This document shows, piece by piece, positions 1 to 10,373 of a stretch of 64,000 nucleotides of DNA (its first letter is position 1; every line of letters begins with the position of its first letter). The DNA is taken from NCBI RefSeq assembly GCF_000372725.1, contig NW_005202303.1, positions 1 to 64,000 of the forward strand. The letters run 5' to 3'. The stretch is from Emiliania huxleyi CCMP1516 (Eukaryota). The position numbers and the translations under genes are program-made. Below the pieces are notes generated by a model. The model did no database searches and was not told the origin of the DNA. It saw only the letters and a program-made list of their open reading frames with translations.

Positions 1-204
1 CCCGTGGGCGGCGCGGCACGCGCTGCGTGGGCCAGCACGACCCGCACCACCCACGGGACTGAACCCACATTGGGTTTGATCCTCTGGGGGTATGGTACTA
101 GGCCCGACCTGATGAGCGTGTACTACGAGCGAGAGATGGGCCGCCCGATCGACGAGCTGCGGGCGGAGCTGCGCGTCGAGCTCCTGCCGCGCACGATCAA
201 ATGA
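1..204 (+). CDS. COQ4: Ubiquinone biosynthesis protein COQ4, 3' end (partial; intron 31-101)
   Basis: Splicing a GC-AG intron at 31-101 gives PWAARHALRGPDLMSVYYEREMGRPIDELRAEL, matching the COQ4 C-terminal PWA...DLMxVYYE...ELR pattern. Confidence 0.7.
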   Translation, partial: PVGGAARAAWASTTRTTHGTEPTLGLILWGYGTRPDLMSVYYEREMGRPIDELRAELRVELLPRTIK

Positions 205-626
205 GTCGAGTCACTCCTCGCTGCTAAAGGCCTAAGACTGTGTGTGTCCTGTGTGTCTGTCCTGGGTGTGTCCTGTGGAGCTTGCGTGTGTGTGGTCTCT
301 GCGCCGGGAGCTTTGGCGGGGCGCAGAGCCAGAGGGAGAGCGAGAGGCCGTCGCGTGCGCAACTGCCGAACTGGCAATTGTCTTTCTCGAGACACGTAAC
401 CCGTTCTGCCCGACAACATACGTACGGCTCTACGTTGTACGTATGGGGCACGCACAGCCTCGCTGCGAGAACCGAGAAACAAACGGCGCGCGAGCGAGCG
501 CGACAAACACCGACATAGGCGACGTCCGACGAGGACACGCAAATGTCCAAGCGACGGTGCGCGCTCGCGCGACGAGGCGCGAGAGTGCGCACCCACAATG
601 TGTGGGTCGTGGAGCCGCAGCCTCCG

Positions 627-3600
627 TCACTGGTCGAGCCCGAGCTCCTTGAGCCGCTCCTGCTCGTCGAGGGCGATTAATTAACATCTAATGATTGATT
701 AGTATTTATCTCATTAATCAGTGCTCCTGCTCGTCGAGGGCGATGCACTGCTGGATGATGGGCTCGATCTGGCCGGTGAGCACGCCTGATATTGACATTA
801 TGATCACGGGCGCGTGTCTTTTTTTCTTTTTTTTCGATCTGGCCGGTGAGCACGCCGTCGAGCGCAAAGTTGGATCCGAGCCGGTGGTCGGTGCATCGCG
901 AGTCCTGGGGTTGGGGTGTGGTATGATAAGGCACGGTGGCCTTCTCCACACGCACACGCGCGGTGGTCGGTGTGCAGCGCGGGTCCTTGTAGTTGTATGT
1001 TCGGATCTTCTCGGAGCGAGAGCCCGTGCCGACCTGACATGTATGGTATGCTTATGATAGGATTGGAATGGTATTGCGAGAGCCGGTGCGGGCCTGCATC
1101 TTGCGCTGCGAGGCGACAGCGGCCTGCTGCTCCTCCACCTGCATCTGGTACAGCTTTGCGCGCAGCATCTGCAGCGCCAGCTCCTTGTTTTTGAGCTGCG
1201 ACCGCTCCTGTTCACGGCTGGAGGTGTGAAGAGACGCTGTTCACAGCTCCTTGTTTTTGAGCTGCGACCGCTCCTGCGTCACGCAGGCAGAGAGGAGGAT
1301 ACCCCGAGAGGAGCCCGAGAGGGCAGAGAGGAGCCGAGAGGAGCCGAGAGGAGCCGAGAGGAGCCGAGGGGAGCAGAGAGGAGCCGAGGGGAGCCGAGAG
1401 GAGCCGAGAGGGGGTGGAGAGGAGCCCAGAGGGGGCCGAGATTGTCCGAGATTGTCCGAGATTGTCCGAGTGTCGCTCCTGTGTCACGAAGAGGCGGATG
1501 CCGGTCGGCTTGTGCGTCAGGTCGATCGCCGTCTCGACCTGATTCAAGAGCCCCTTGCCTCATTCATCTCCTCAATCTTTGGCCTCGGGTCGACCGCCGC
1601 GTCGACCTTGTTGACGTTTTGCCCGCCCGCGCCGCCCGAGCGAGCCGCGTGCATCTCGATGTCGCCGGGCTTGATCTCGACGGCAACCTCGTCCACCTGC
1701 GGGGGAGGTGTGGGGGAGGTGTGGGGGAGGTGTGGGGGAGGTGTGGCGGAGATGTGGGGGAGGTGTGGGGGAGGTGTGGGGGAGGTGTGGGGGAGGTGTG
1801 GGGGAGGTGTGGGGGAGATGTGCGGGAGATGTGCGGGAGATGTGCGGGAGGTATGGGGGAGGTATGGGGGAGGTATGGGGGAGGTATGGGGGAGGTGCGG
1901 GGGAGGTATGGGGGAGGTGTGGGGGAAGGTCGAGCTGCTGCGCCTTGCCGCACGCGTCGATCAGGGAGGTGAACGTGTTCACGCCGGGCTGCAGCCCGCG
2001 CCGCACCATCTCGTCGTAGAACTGGAAGGCGCGCGGCAGCTGCTGCGCCTTGCCGCACGCGTCGATGAGGATGTTGTACGAGACCTACAAAGGACAGAGG
2101 CCAAGACAGCGTCGACCAGTGTGAGTTGTACCAGACCTGCGTGAGCTGCACACGCCAGCCTCAGGGCACGCGNNNNNNNNNNNNNNNNNNNNNNNNNNNN
2201 NNNNNNNNNNNNNNNNNNNNNNNNNNNNNNNNNNNNNNNNNNNNNNNNNNNNNNNNNNNNNNNNNNNNNNNNNNNNNNNNNNNNNNNNNNNNNNNNNNNN
2301 NNNNNNNNNNNNNNNNNNNNNNNNNNNNNNNNNNNNNNNNNNNNNNNNNNNNNNNNNNNNNNNNNNNNNNNNNNNNNNNNNNNNNNNNNNNNNNNNNNNN
2401 NNNNNNNNNNNNNNNNNATCTCCCAGATCTCGCCGCCGAGGTGTGCACGCGCCCCTGCGTCTCTGTCGCGCCCAAAAACTGCCACGGTGGACGCCCGCCT
2501 GGGGACGAGATCCGGGAGATATGGCGAGATATGGCGAGATATGGCGCTGCACACGGTGGACGGAGTGGGTGGGGGGGAGGGATAGGGTGGAGGGTGAGGG
2601 TGAGGGGGTGGGGGTGGGGGTGGGGGTGAGGGGTGAGGGAGAGGGAGAGGGAGAGGGTGGAGGGTGGAGGGTGGAGGGTGGAGGGTGGAGGGTGGAGGGT
2701 GGAGGGTGGAGGGTGGAGGGTGAGGGTCAGCGCAACCGGCTCGACCTTGAGCTCGACGGACCCGCCCGTGATCTCGGGTAATCTCGGGTGATCTCAGCTG
2801 ATCTCGGCTAGTCTCGGGTAATGTCAGCTGATCTCGGCTAATCTCGGGTGATCTCGGCTGATCTCGCCTCGAACTTGAGCTTCGAGTAGACCGACTCGCC
2901 CTTGATCTCGAGCGTCGCGTCGCGCACACCGCCTGGTGGGAGATACAGCCGAGATACAGCCGAGATACAGCCGAGATTGTGCCGAGATTCAGCCGCCTGG
3001 TGGGAGATTTGGCCCAGATCCAGCCGAGATCTAGCCGAGATTTAGCCGAGATTAGCCGCATCTCCCCCCATCTCCCCACACGTCCGCCCACGTCCCCCCA
3101 TCTCCCCCCATCTCCCCCCATCTCGAGGCCGCCTGCGTCGGAGTCGGAGGCAGACACGACTCGAGACTGCCAGCCTAACGGCGACATGTCCGGGACATGT
3201 CCGCAGCCATGCCCCTCTCAGAGGAAGGCGCGCCTCGAGAGGTGACCGCCCTGCGACTGGGCGTAGCGCGAGTAGAGCGAGAGCAGGTCGTTCGCCCAAA
3301 TCGCGGCCTACCGCACCACCCACCGACCCTGAACCCACACAGGATTCGATACGTTGGAGGTATGGGACCCGAGCGGCGGCCTCGTCGCCGCCGGTGCCCG
3401 CACGGATCTCAAACATCACGTTCTTGTCGTCGTTTGGGTCTGCGGCGGAGAGAGGTGTGGGGAGATATGGGGAGATGTGAGAGGAGAGCATGAGCATCGA
3501 TACTAGTGAGCAGAGGAGAGGGAGGTGAGAGGAGAGGAGAGGAGAAGGAGAAGGAATTAGTGGGCGCTACTGCAAAGAGAGGAGAGGGTAGGAGGAGGAC

Positions 3601-4125
3601 TAAAATGGGCGCCAACATAAAGCGAGGAGGAGGACTAAGTGGGCGCTAGAAGAAAACGTGAGGAGGGACTAAAGTGGCTGATCCGTCTCCGCCGCGCGCG
3701 CCGGTCGGCAGCAGCAGCAGCTTGAGTCGGCCGTCGAGCGCCTCCATCGCCTCCTCCACCTCGCGGATCTCGGCGCGCGCCATCTCGCGCAGCTCCGCGT
3801 CCTCCTCGTTGAACAGCTCCTTGCCCTCCTCCAGCCGCTGCTCGAGGCTCTCCCACTCGGCGAGCGCCTCCACCGTGCTGTCGAGCTTGGAGCGCTCGCG
3901 TGAGACGCGCAGCATCTCCTCGACGTTGGCCTGGACCGCCGGGTCCTCCAGCTGCGCGCCGAGCTCGTCGTGCACCTTGCGCATCTCACGCAGCCGGTCG
4001 AGTACGAACGCATCCACCATCACCGCCGCGCCACCTCTGTGAGAGCACATCGCTGGCAGCGGCGGCGCCCGCGGCGCAGCAAGCCAGCCATGAGCGATGA
4101 GCGGCAGAAGCAGCGGCCCGGCCAT
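627..4125 (-). CDS. prfA: Peptide chain release factor 1, organellar (probably plastid), multi-exon; interrupted by the N gap
   Basis: Exons encode [30 protein letters not shown]...[38 protein letters not shown] (GGQ motif), [21 protein letters not shown]; hydrophobic N-terminus suggests a targeting peptide. Confidence 0.9.
1927..2085 (-). other. Pentatricopeptide-repeat (PPR) exon fragment inside the RF1 locus, next to the gap
   Basis: [51 protein letters not shown] is about 1.5 canonical 35-aa PPR motifs. Confidence 0.75.
2173..2417. other. Assembly gap (N run)
   Basis: 245 N bases. Confidence 1.
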
Positions 4126-4257
4126 GAGCTGTGAGCTTGGAGCGGCCACGAGGAGCTGAACGCGGGAGGAACTGCGCGGGAGGAAGCAGCGATAGGCAGC
4201 GATAACCAGCGACGCGTGTGAGCACACTGCGAGCTCGAAAAAAGATGACCCGCTATG

Positions 4258-4957
4258 TGTGAGGTTGATGACTGCACTCCAAGTGCTCCAAGTGCAAGAT
4301 GCTCCAAGTGCTAACGATCGCCATACAGACATGGGTGCGAAACAACGACAAGACCAAGGCACGGGCAGAGGAGAGAGAGAAGAATATAGGGCGGATAAAT
4401 AAAGCGCCTGTTCACGGCATGGAGGGTGAGCCACGCTGAACGTAGAGCCGAACGGGAGGAAGCCGGGGAAGAAGACTCCGAGGAGGACGAAACACCAGTG
4501 GTACAGTCTGTTGCGGGCATTAAGAAAACAGGATCTCGCTATAGGGTGCCCACAGGGCCCAAAAAAAGAAAGACATCGGATGTGTCTTGTGAGCCTGTTT
4601 GTGTCTGTGTGTCGCTCGTGCGTGTCGTCATCATCTGTCTAGTGTCCACCCATACCGCGTTGGTGTCCAGTCCGAGCCTGGCTGTTCTTCACCTTTCTAC
4701 CTACCTACCTGGATGTGAGGTTGATGACTGCACTCCAAGTGCTCCAAGTGCAAGATGCTCCAAGTGCTAACGATCGCCATACAGACATGGGTGCGAAAAA
4801 CAACGACAAGACCAAGGCACGGGCAGAGGAGAGAGAGAAGAATATAGGGTGGATAAAGCGCCTGTTCACGGCATGGAGGGTGAGCCACGCTGAACGTAGA
4901 GCCAAACGGGAGGAAGCCGGGGAAGAAGACTCCGAGGAGGACGAAACACCAGTGGTA
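4258..4957 (+). repeat. ~245-bp direct repeat pair (4258-4503, 4714-4957) separated by a MITE end and a retroelement-tail repeat
   Basis: TGTGAGGTTGATGACTGCACTCCAAG...GAAACACCAGTGGTA occurs twice almost identically. Confidence 0.9.
4580..4710 (+). mobile_element. Dispersed repeat, probably the 3' end of a non-LTR retroelement/SINE; other copies at ~11510-11745(-), ~21812-22030(-), ~44160-44290(+)
   Basis: Shared GTGTCTTGTGAG...CCCATACCGCG...GGTGTCCAGTCC...GGCTG core; three copies end in (CCTA)n/(CATA)n tails; variable 5' extent. Confidence 0.7.
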
Positions 4958-5224
4958 ATCCCGTCGTCAGCTGTAACGATGCACCCGAAGGGGACCCCAG
5001 CGCCAGCATCATCCGTGGAGGTACAAGTGTTCGAAGAGAGAGTGGACCTGAGCAACGATATGACTCGGCGGCAAATGATCGCAGTCGGGGCGTCAGAAGA
5101 GTCGTCCTTGCGCGAGGAGAGCTCGATAAACTCGAGGGGCCAAAATGTGCCGCGAGGAGGGCAGAGGCCAGAGCTGCGCCGAGCAGCGAGTAGAGAGCAA
5201 GGGAGCGGCAGGCGGCGGCACCGT

Positions 5225-5660
5225 CGCAGGACGAGGCAGAGGAGAGCGACGCGACAGAGGAAGAAGCGACAAAAGAGAGAACGACGAGAGTGGGACGACC
5301 GCGGGGACCGGGGTGTGGCATGAGCCTTGACTTCGCCTGGGGTCCATGCCCGAAGCCCACCCTGTGAATGTAGAAGGTAGCCATCCATGGTTTGCATAGT
5401 TGGCTCAATTATAGTCGGGATTTAAAGCTCAATTGCACGCGCGCACAAACACCCACGGCATGAAGGTTGCAGCGAGAGTCGGCGAGAGACTCACAGCGAC
5501 TGCGAGGAGAGATACTGTAGGAAGAGGCGGACGCCCAAGGGTGGGCGACGGCTAGCGCATCACACCCCTCTCCTTAAAATCCCTGTGTGGTGGCGGCGTG
5601 CCGTCCTCCCATCCCTCCCTCTTGGGGTTGGGCTGTCTGTTTTCTTTCTTTCTCTTTCTC
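5225..5660 (+). repeat. Dispersed repeat shared with ~56775-57050
   Basis: CGCAGGACGAGGCAGA...GGCATGAAGGTTGCAGC...CTCTCCTTAAAATCCCTGTGTGGTGG at both sites; this copy has an extra ~135-bp insert flanked by GGCATGA. Confidence 0.8.
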
Positions 5661-5821
5661 TTTACGAGGTAAAGGTACGAGGAGAGGGGGGGGGGCGGGG
5701 GGAGGGGGGGGAGCACGATTTGATCGATTGATAGGTACGAAACACCTAACATCCAAGTGGTATCGCCCTCTTGCGTTGTGGCAGACGACGGCTTCAGACT
5801 CGAGACTGGCGCGGCGTGCGT

Positions 5822-7157
5822 TCAGCCAACGGCCGCGCGGTCCTCCACAAACGAGGGCTCCCTCTTGGACCGCCGGGCCGCCTCAAATCCATGACCCATC
5901 TCGCTCCGCCGCTCGGCGCGGTGCATCGCCTCCTCGATCGCCTCCGCCAGCGCGTGCGCTAGGGTGCTCGTCTGCACCCCAAAGCGTGCCGTGAGACGAC
6001 AGCCACCCGCCACGAGTCCCTGCCACGAGACAACCGCCTATTCGCGTCCAGAGCTGAGCAGGAAAGGATGCGATAGTCGCGGCCCGCATCGAGACCGCCG
6101 CCTCCGCTGCCGCCTTGAGCGCGAAACTCGCGTCAGGCATCTCTGCACCGCGTGCCCCGGCGCCTAGGCGATAGGGAGAAGGGCACGTACATGTCGCCCC
6201 CTTGAAGATGGGGAAGCGCGTGTTTGGCCCGCGGGAGCGCGACGTCCCCCTCAAGCTCTCCAGGGCGGTAGAAGGGCACGACCTTTTCACAGGCAAGAGG
6301 GTGCCAAAAGAACGACCCCGGGAGCACACGGTGGCAGAACGCGCGCCGCGTGCACGATTGTGCCGTACATCTCGCGCAGCTCCCCGTGGCTGCTCGCAGC
6401 GGTGGCGGGAAGGGGCGTGAGGAGGTGGCGTCAGGGTTGGAGGAAGGTTCGAGGAGGAGCGAGGAGGGGATGTGGCGGTGGCGACGCGGCCGGTGGTGGG
6501 GCACGATGCGTGGACGGTGAGCAAACGGGCGGCGGTGTCTAACAGCCGGCTTCGACTAGCCTCGCAAGGTGCCTGCTCCCGACCACGGCGCCGCCCGCGG
6601 GACACCGCACGCCTTGGGCGTCCGCCGGAAAGCGGGGAACAGTCCTATGAGGTGACGAGAGCGGGGAACAGTCTTGCAACCTCGACGCTGCCAAGAGATC
6701 GCCAACTCACACCAATAGGCAAGGGTGGTTAGGGATACCAAGCAAAGAATACGAGATTCTAGAAAGGCACGAGAGACTGTGCGCAGCTCAAGGCCGCACC
6801 TTACGTCGGGTCTCCGTAGAGCTCCAACCAGCACTCATCGCGGGGTGTGAAACGCGTGCCCGCAAGCCGCTCGTTCGCTGGGTTGACGAGCGCGTCGTTG
6901 GCACCCTCGCCGCCGGGCGGATGTGTTACGATGCAAGCGGTGCGGTGCACCTCTATCGACAGCGGCGCTCCCTCCCAACCACGCACATACTTGCACGCCG
7001 GGCGGCCGGGCAGCTTCTGCGCACTCCACGCGCGCCACTGGTCAAGGCCTCCGTCCGTGGTGTCGCGGCCCAGCGCACGGGTGGACGCGGACCTCGCGCC
7101 TCGCGAGCGGCACATGGCGAGCCTCAGTGCAGGTCCGACGCGGCGAGGGGCGCGCAT
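5822..7157 (-). CDS. Macrodomain (ADP-ribose-binding/hydrolase-like) protein, multi-exon
   Basis: DALVNPANERLAG, VRCPAGGAVV, ELREMYGTIVHA and LGAGARG correspond to the macrodomain VNAAN, CxTGxAV, IHxV and GxGxxG segments. Confidence 0.7.
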
Positions 7158-7225
7158 GAGCAAAGCGATCTTGACGGCGAACCAGCGTCTCACGAGAGAT
7201 TCATTCCGTACTCAGTACGACGTTA

Positions 7226-7280
<55 letters not shown>

Positions 7281-7283
<3 letters not shown>

Positions 7284-7510
7284 GGTGTTAGGTATCTTGT
7301 TGGCAAATCAGGACACCGAGCTCACACAAATTCACAGCCTTGTTATGAGAAGAAAATACGTGTCCCATGGCGCTATGCGCTGGTCTGGATAACTGGATAC
7401 ATACCCATCACTGAGCCGACAATGCTACGGGAGGTGGTTCGGACGCCCGCCGTGGTTTTCTTTCTTTCAGACCGTGTGTCTTGATTTGCCAACAACACAC
7501 CTATAACGTA
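7281..7510. mobile_element. Putative TA-flanked MITE with ~35-bp imperfect TIRs
   Basis: TACGGTGTTAGGTATCTTGTTGGCAAATCAGGACAC ... GTGTCTTGATTTGCCAACAACACACCTATAACGTA; adjacent to a (CT)n tract. Confidence 0.65.
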
Positions 7511-7963
7511 TTCACAGATAGGTTGATAAGAAACAAGAAGCTCACATAGCGCAGAGACAGTGAGGGTGTGAGAGGCGGACCTAAGTTCACAGAAACGCAC
7601 GACCGCGGAGTGATCAGGAGACCAGCGCATCGTCGGGCACCACCATCGCCCCTCGCACGCGGTGTGTGCGCGCCTCTGACCTCCCTCCAGTGCACACACG
7701 CGGCGCGCCCTCTCCCTCTCCCATAGAGTGCCGCCGGCGCGCCTTTGCCGCGTGCCTCTGCAGCGGCCATCGCACCGCCAGCGCACCGCCAGCGCAAGAG
7801 CACAAACACAGTATTCAGCCTGGCCCTGGCCCTGGCCTGGCGACGGCCGAACTCTGAACGGTCGCTGTCTGGCCGCGCGCGCCTCCACGCCTCCGTGCTG
7901 CAGCACGCCAAGGCGCTGAGCGCCTTTCACCGTATCGATGCAGGCGGCAGAGAGCGCAGCGGC

Positions 7964-9738
7964 ATGCAGCAGGTCCTTCGGCAGATACAGGAGGCGGTCG
8001 AGCCGGTGCTGGAGCGCAGCCTGACGAAGCGCCGGCGCCAGGAGTTCCTCGCCTCGGCCGGCCCCCTCTTCCTCTGCCTCACCTTCATCGAGGATGCGCT
8101 GCGCGTGCTGCTGCGCTGGAAGGAGCAGATGAGCTACATGACCGTCACGATGCGCATGCGCGCGCCGCCCCCACCCAGCGAGCCGCAGCGGATTTCGCTC
8201 GGACCGCGCGCCTCACACGCGCCGCTCGCCGCCGCCGCGCAGGAGCGGCTGGCTGGGTGGACTCCTGCTCATCTTTTCGCTCGTGACGCAGGCGCCGGCA
8301 CTGCGGCGCCCGGCCGCGCAGCCAAAGAGAGAGAGAGACGCGAGACGCGAGCGCGTGCAGCGGGTGGAGCGGGCCGCCGCCGCCGCTGGCGCGCCTTCAG
8401 CCTGCTCTCGCGGGAGTCGCGGACGCCGGACACTCGCAGGCAGTCGCGCGGGTCTGCAGCCGCGGCGCTCACCCTTGATTTGGTACCCGCTCTCGCGGCC
8501 CGCACCAAGACACAGCCGCTTTACCGGCGCCGCCGCCGCCGTCCGCAGATGACGGGGAGCGTTTTGGTGCTGCGTCCAAAGGAGGTCAAGCCCAGCCGCG
8601 TGAAGGTTGGCTGCTACACACTGCTCGCCTTCGTCTTCCTGCAGCCCTTCATGTACGGCCAGGCGAGATCAGCCGAGATCAGCCGAGATCAGCCGAGATC
8701 AGCCGAGATCAGCCCTTCATGTACGGCCAGGCGCGCGACGCTAGGAAGCGGAATACGGACTCTTGTATCCCAACCAGCGCCCGAGAGGACACGCATTCAG
8801 CCGTATTCACGCGGTGCTCTGAACCCGCTGCACAATCCCGTCTCCCCGCCCTGAGGCGTGCTCAGCTTCTAGGCGCGCGACGCAGACTTCATGTGCCGCA
8901 GTGTGACACTAGCGGGCGGGCTGCTGCTGCTCATCTGGTCCGAAAACGACCGCAAGCAGCGCAGCGAGGACATGGGCTTGCCGTCCGGTGCCCGCGCCCG
9001 CCCCTGCCGCGCCCGCCCCTCCCACGCCACCGCCACTCTCGACGCCGCAGCGCGTGCCCCGCACCGCGCCCCCCCACTCCGCCCCCCCACTCCGCCGCCC
9101 CACACGGCCAGGCATGGAGTCGACGAGCTCGGACCGGCTGCAGCTCTGCGGGTTAGCGCTGCCGTCCGGCCGCCTCCTCTTTGCGCCGCCTTTTCTCCCC
9201 AGCCCGGCCGGAGCCGTCATAGGCGCGTCCTGCTGACCTTCGGCCCGCGTGTTTCTTTTTTTGACGCGTATTTCTTTTTCTAGCGTAGGCGCGTCCTGCT
9301 GACGTTCCTCTTCTTCTTCCAGGCCGTGTACTCTGAGAATGGCGGAATGCACCGCCTCTGGACGGCGCCGTCTCTCTTCGGGCTCATCAGCTTCGTGGTG
9401 CTCGCGGGCCTGGCGGGTGCGAGACGCCCCCGAGACACTTCCGAGACACCTAGATCACACCTCCGAGTCAGAGACGTTTCTGCCGACGCGTCCACGGCAC
9501 GTCCGCAGGGATGGTCTGCGCGGGCTTCAAGACGGAGTGGTCGGCGCTGCTGCTATGCGGCATCCTCTTCCTGTCCAACCTCTACATGTACCCCTTCTGG
9601 TCCATCCGCGAGGGCCTGAGGGACTTTTACCGCTACTACTTTTTCCAGACCCTCTCCATCATCGGCGGGCTAATGCTGCTCGCGCTGCACGGCCCGGGCG
9701 GGATCAGCTTGGACAAGGGGATGAAGAAGGCCATCTGA
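7964..9738 (+). CDS. SURF4: SURF4/Erv29 family ER cargo receptor, multi-exon
   Basis: FLCLTFIEDALR..W, FMCRSVTLAGGLLLL, GFKTEWSA, YFFQTLSIIGGLMLLALHGPGGISLDKGMKKAI with a KKxx retrieval motif. Confidence 0.9.
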
Positions 9739-10373
9739 CACGTGGCGCGACTGCACTCGCCGTGCGAGTCAGCTGCAACTATCTGGGACGAGAGGCCGGA
9801 GGGGCCGGGAGGTGGAGGCGGAGGAGGGGTGGCGTGCCGGCGGAGATTACTCGACGCGCGGGTACAGGAACGGAGAGGGTGCGAGGATTCTCCGCGTTCG
9901 TCGTTTGTTTGCTCGCTTCACGCTTGTGTGCGCGACGTCCGGTTGCGCAGCCCCCGCGCCCCGTCGCGTGCTCAAGTACACGACTGATCAGTGAACAAAA
10001 ACATCCCACACCTGTGTGCGACCCCACGCCCGCGCCTCGACGGCGTGAGGTCGAGCGCGAGACGCGCGGCGCGAGATCCCCGCGCCGCGCGCGAGAACCA
10101 CAACCAGGATGAACCACACACATGTGTGACATGAATCATGATCGATGATGCGCACATGAGAAGTGGGATGGGCTGTACCACGTATAGACTAGTACGCGCC
10201 AGGGGGGCGCGGCCGCGGGCGGTCCCAGGCGCAACCCCGACGCAGAGGGCGTGTGGTGTGTGTTTGGCTTTGGGGAGATTCGTGTAAGTAGAGATATGGC
10301 AGCGTGAGAGTAGAGAGACATGTTGTGCTCCCAGGAGCCCCCCCCCCCCCCCCCCCCATCTACTCCCCCGCGG

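Noticed and set aside
1300..1470. Tandem 10-11-bp repeats (GAGCCGAGAG, GGGGAGATAT, AGCCGAGATC etc.) as a CRISPR array or coding repeats
   Set aside because: No unique spacers; they are intronic minisatellites, already reported as abundant in E. huxleyi
4705..5408. 200-230-aa ORFs as host genes
   Set aside because: They lie wholly within duplicated or dispersed repeat sequence and have no recognisable domain
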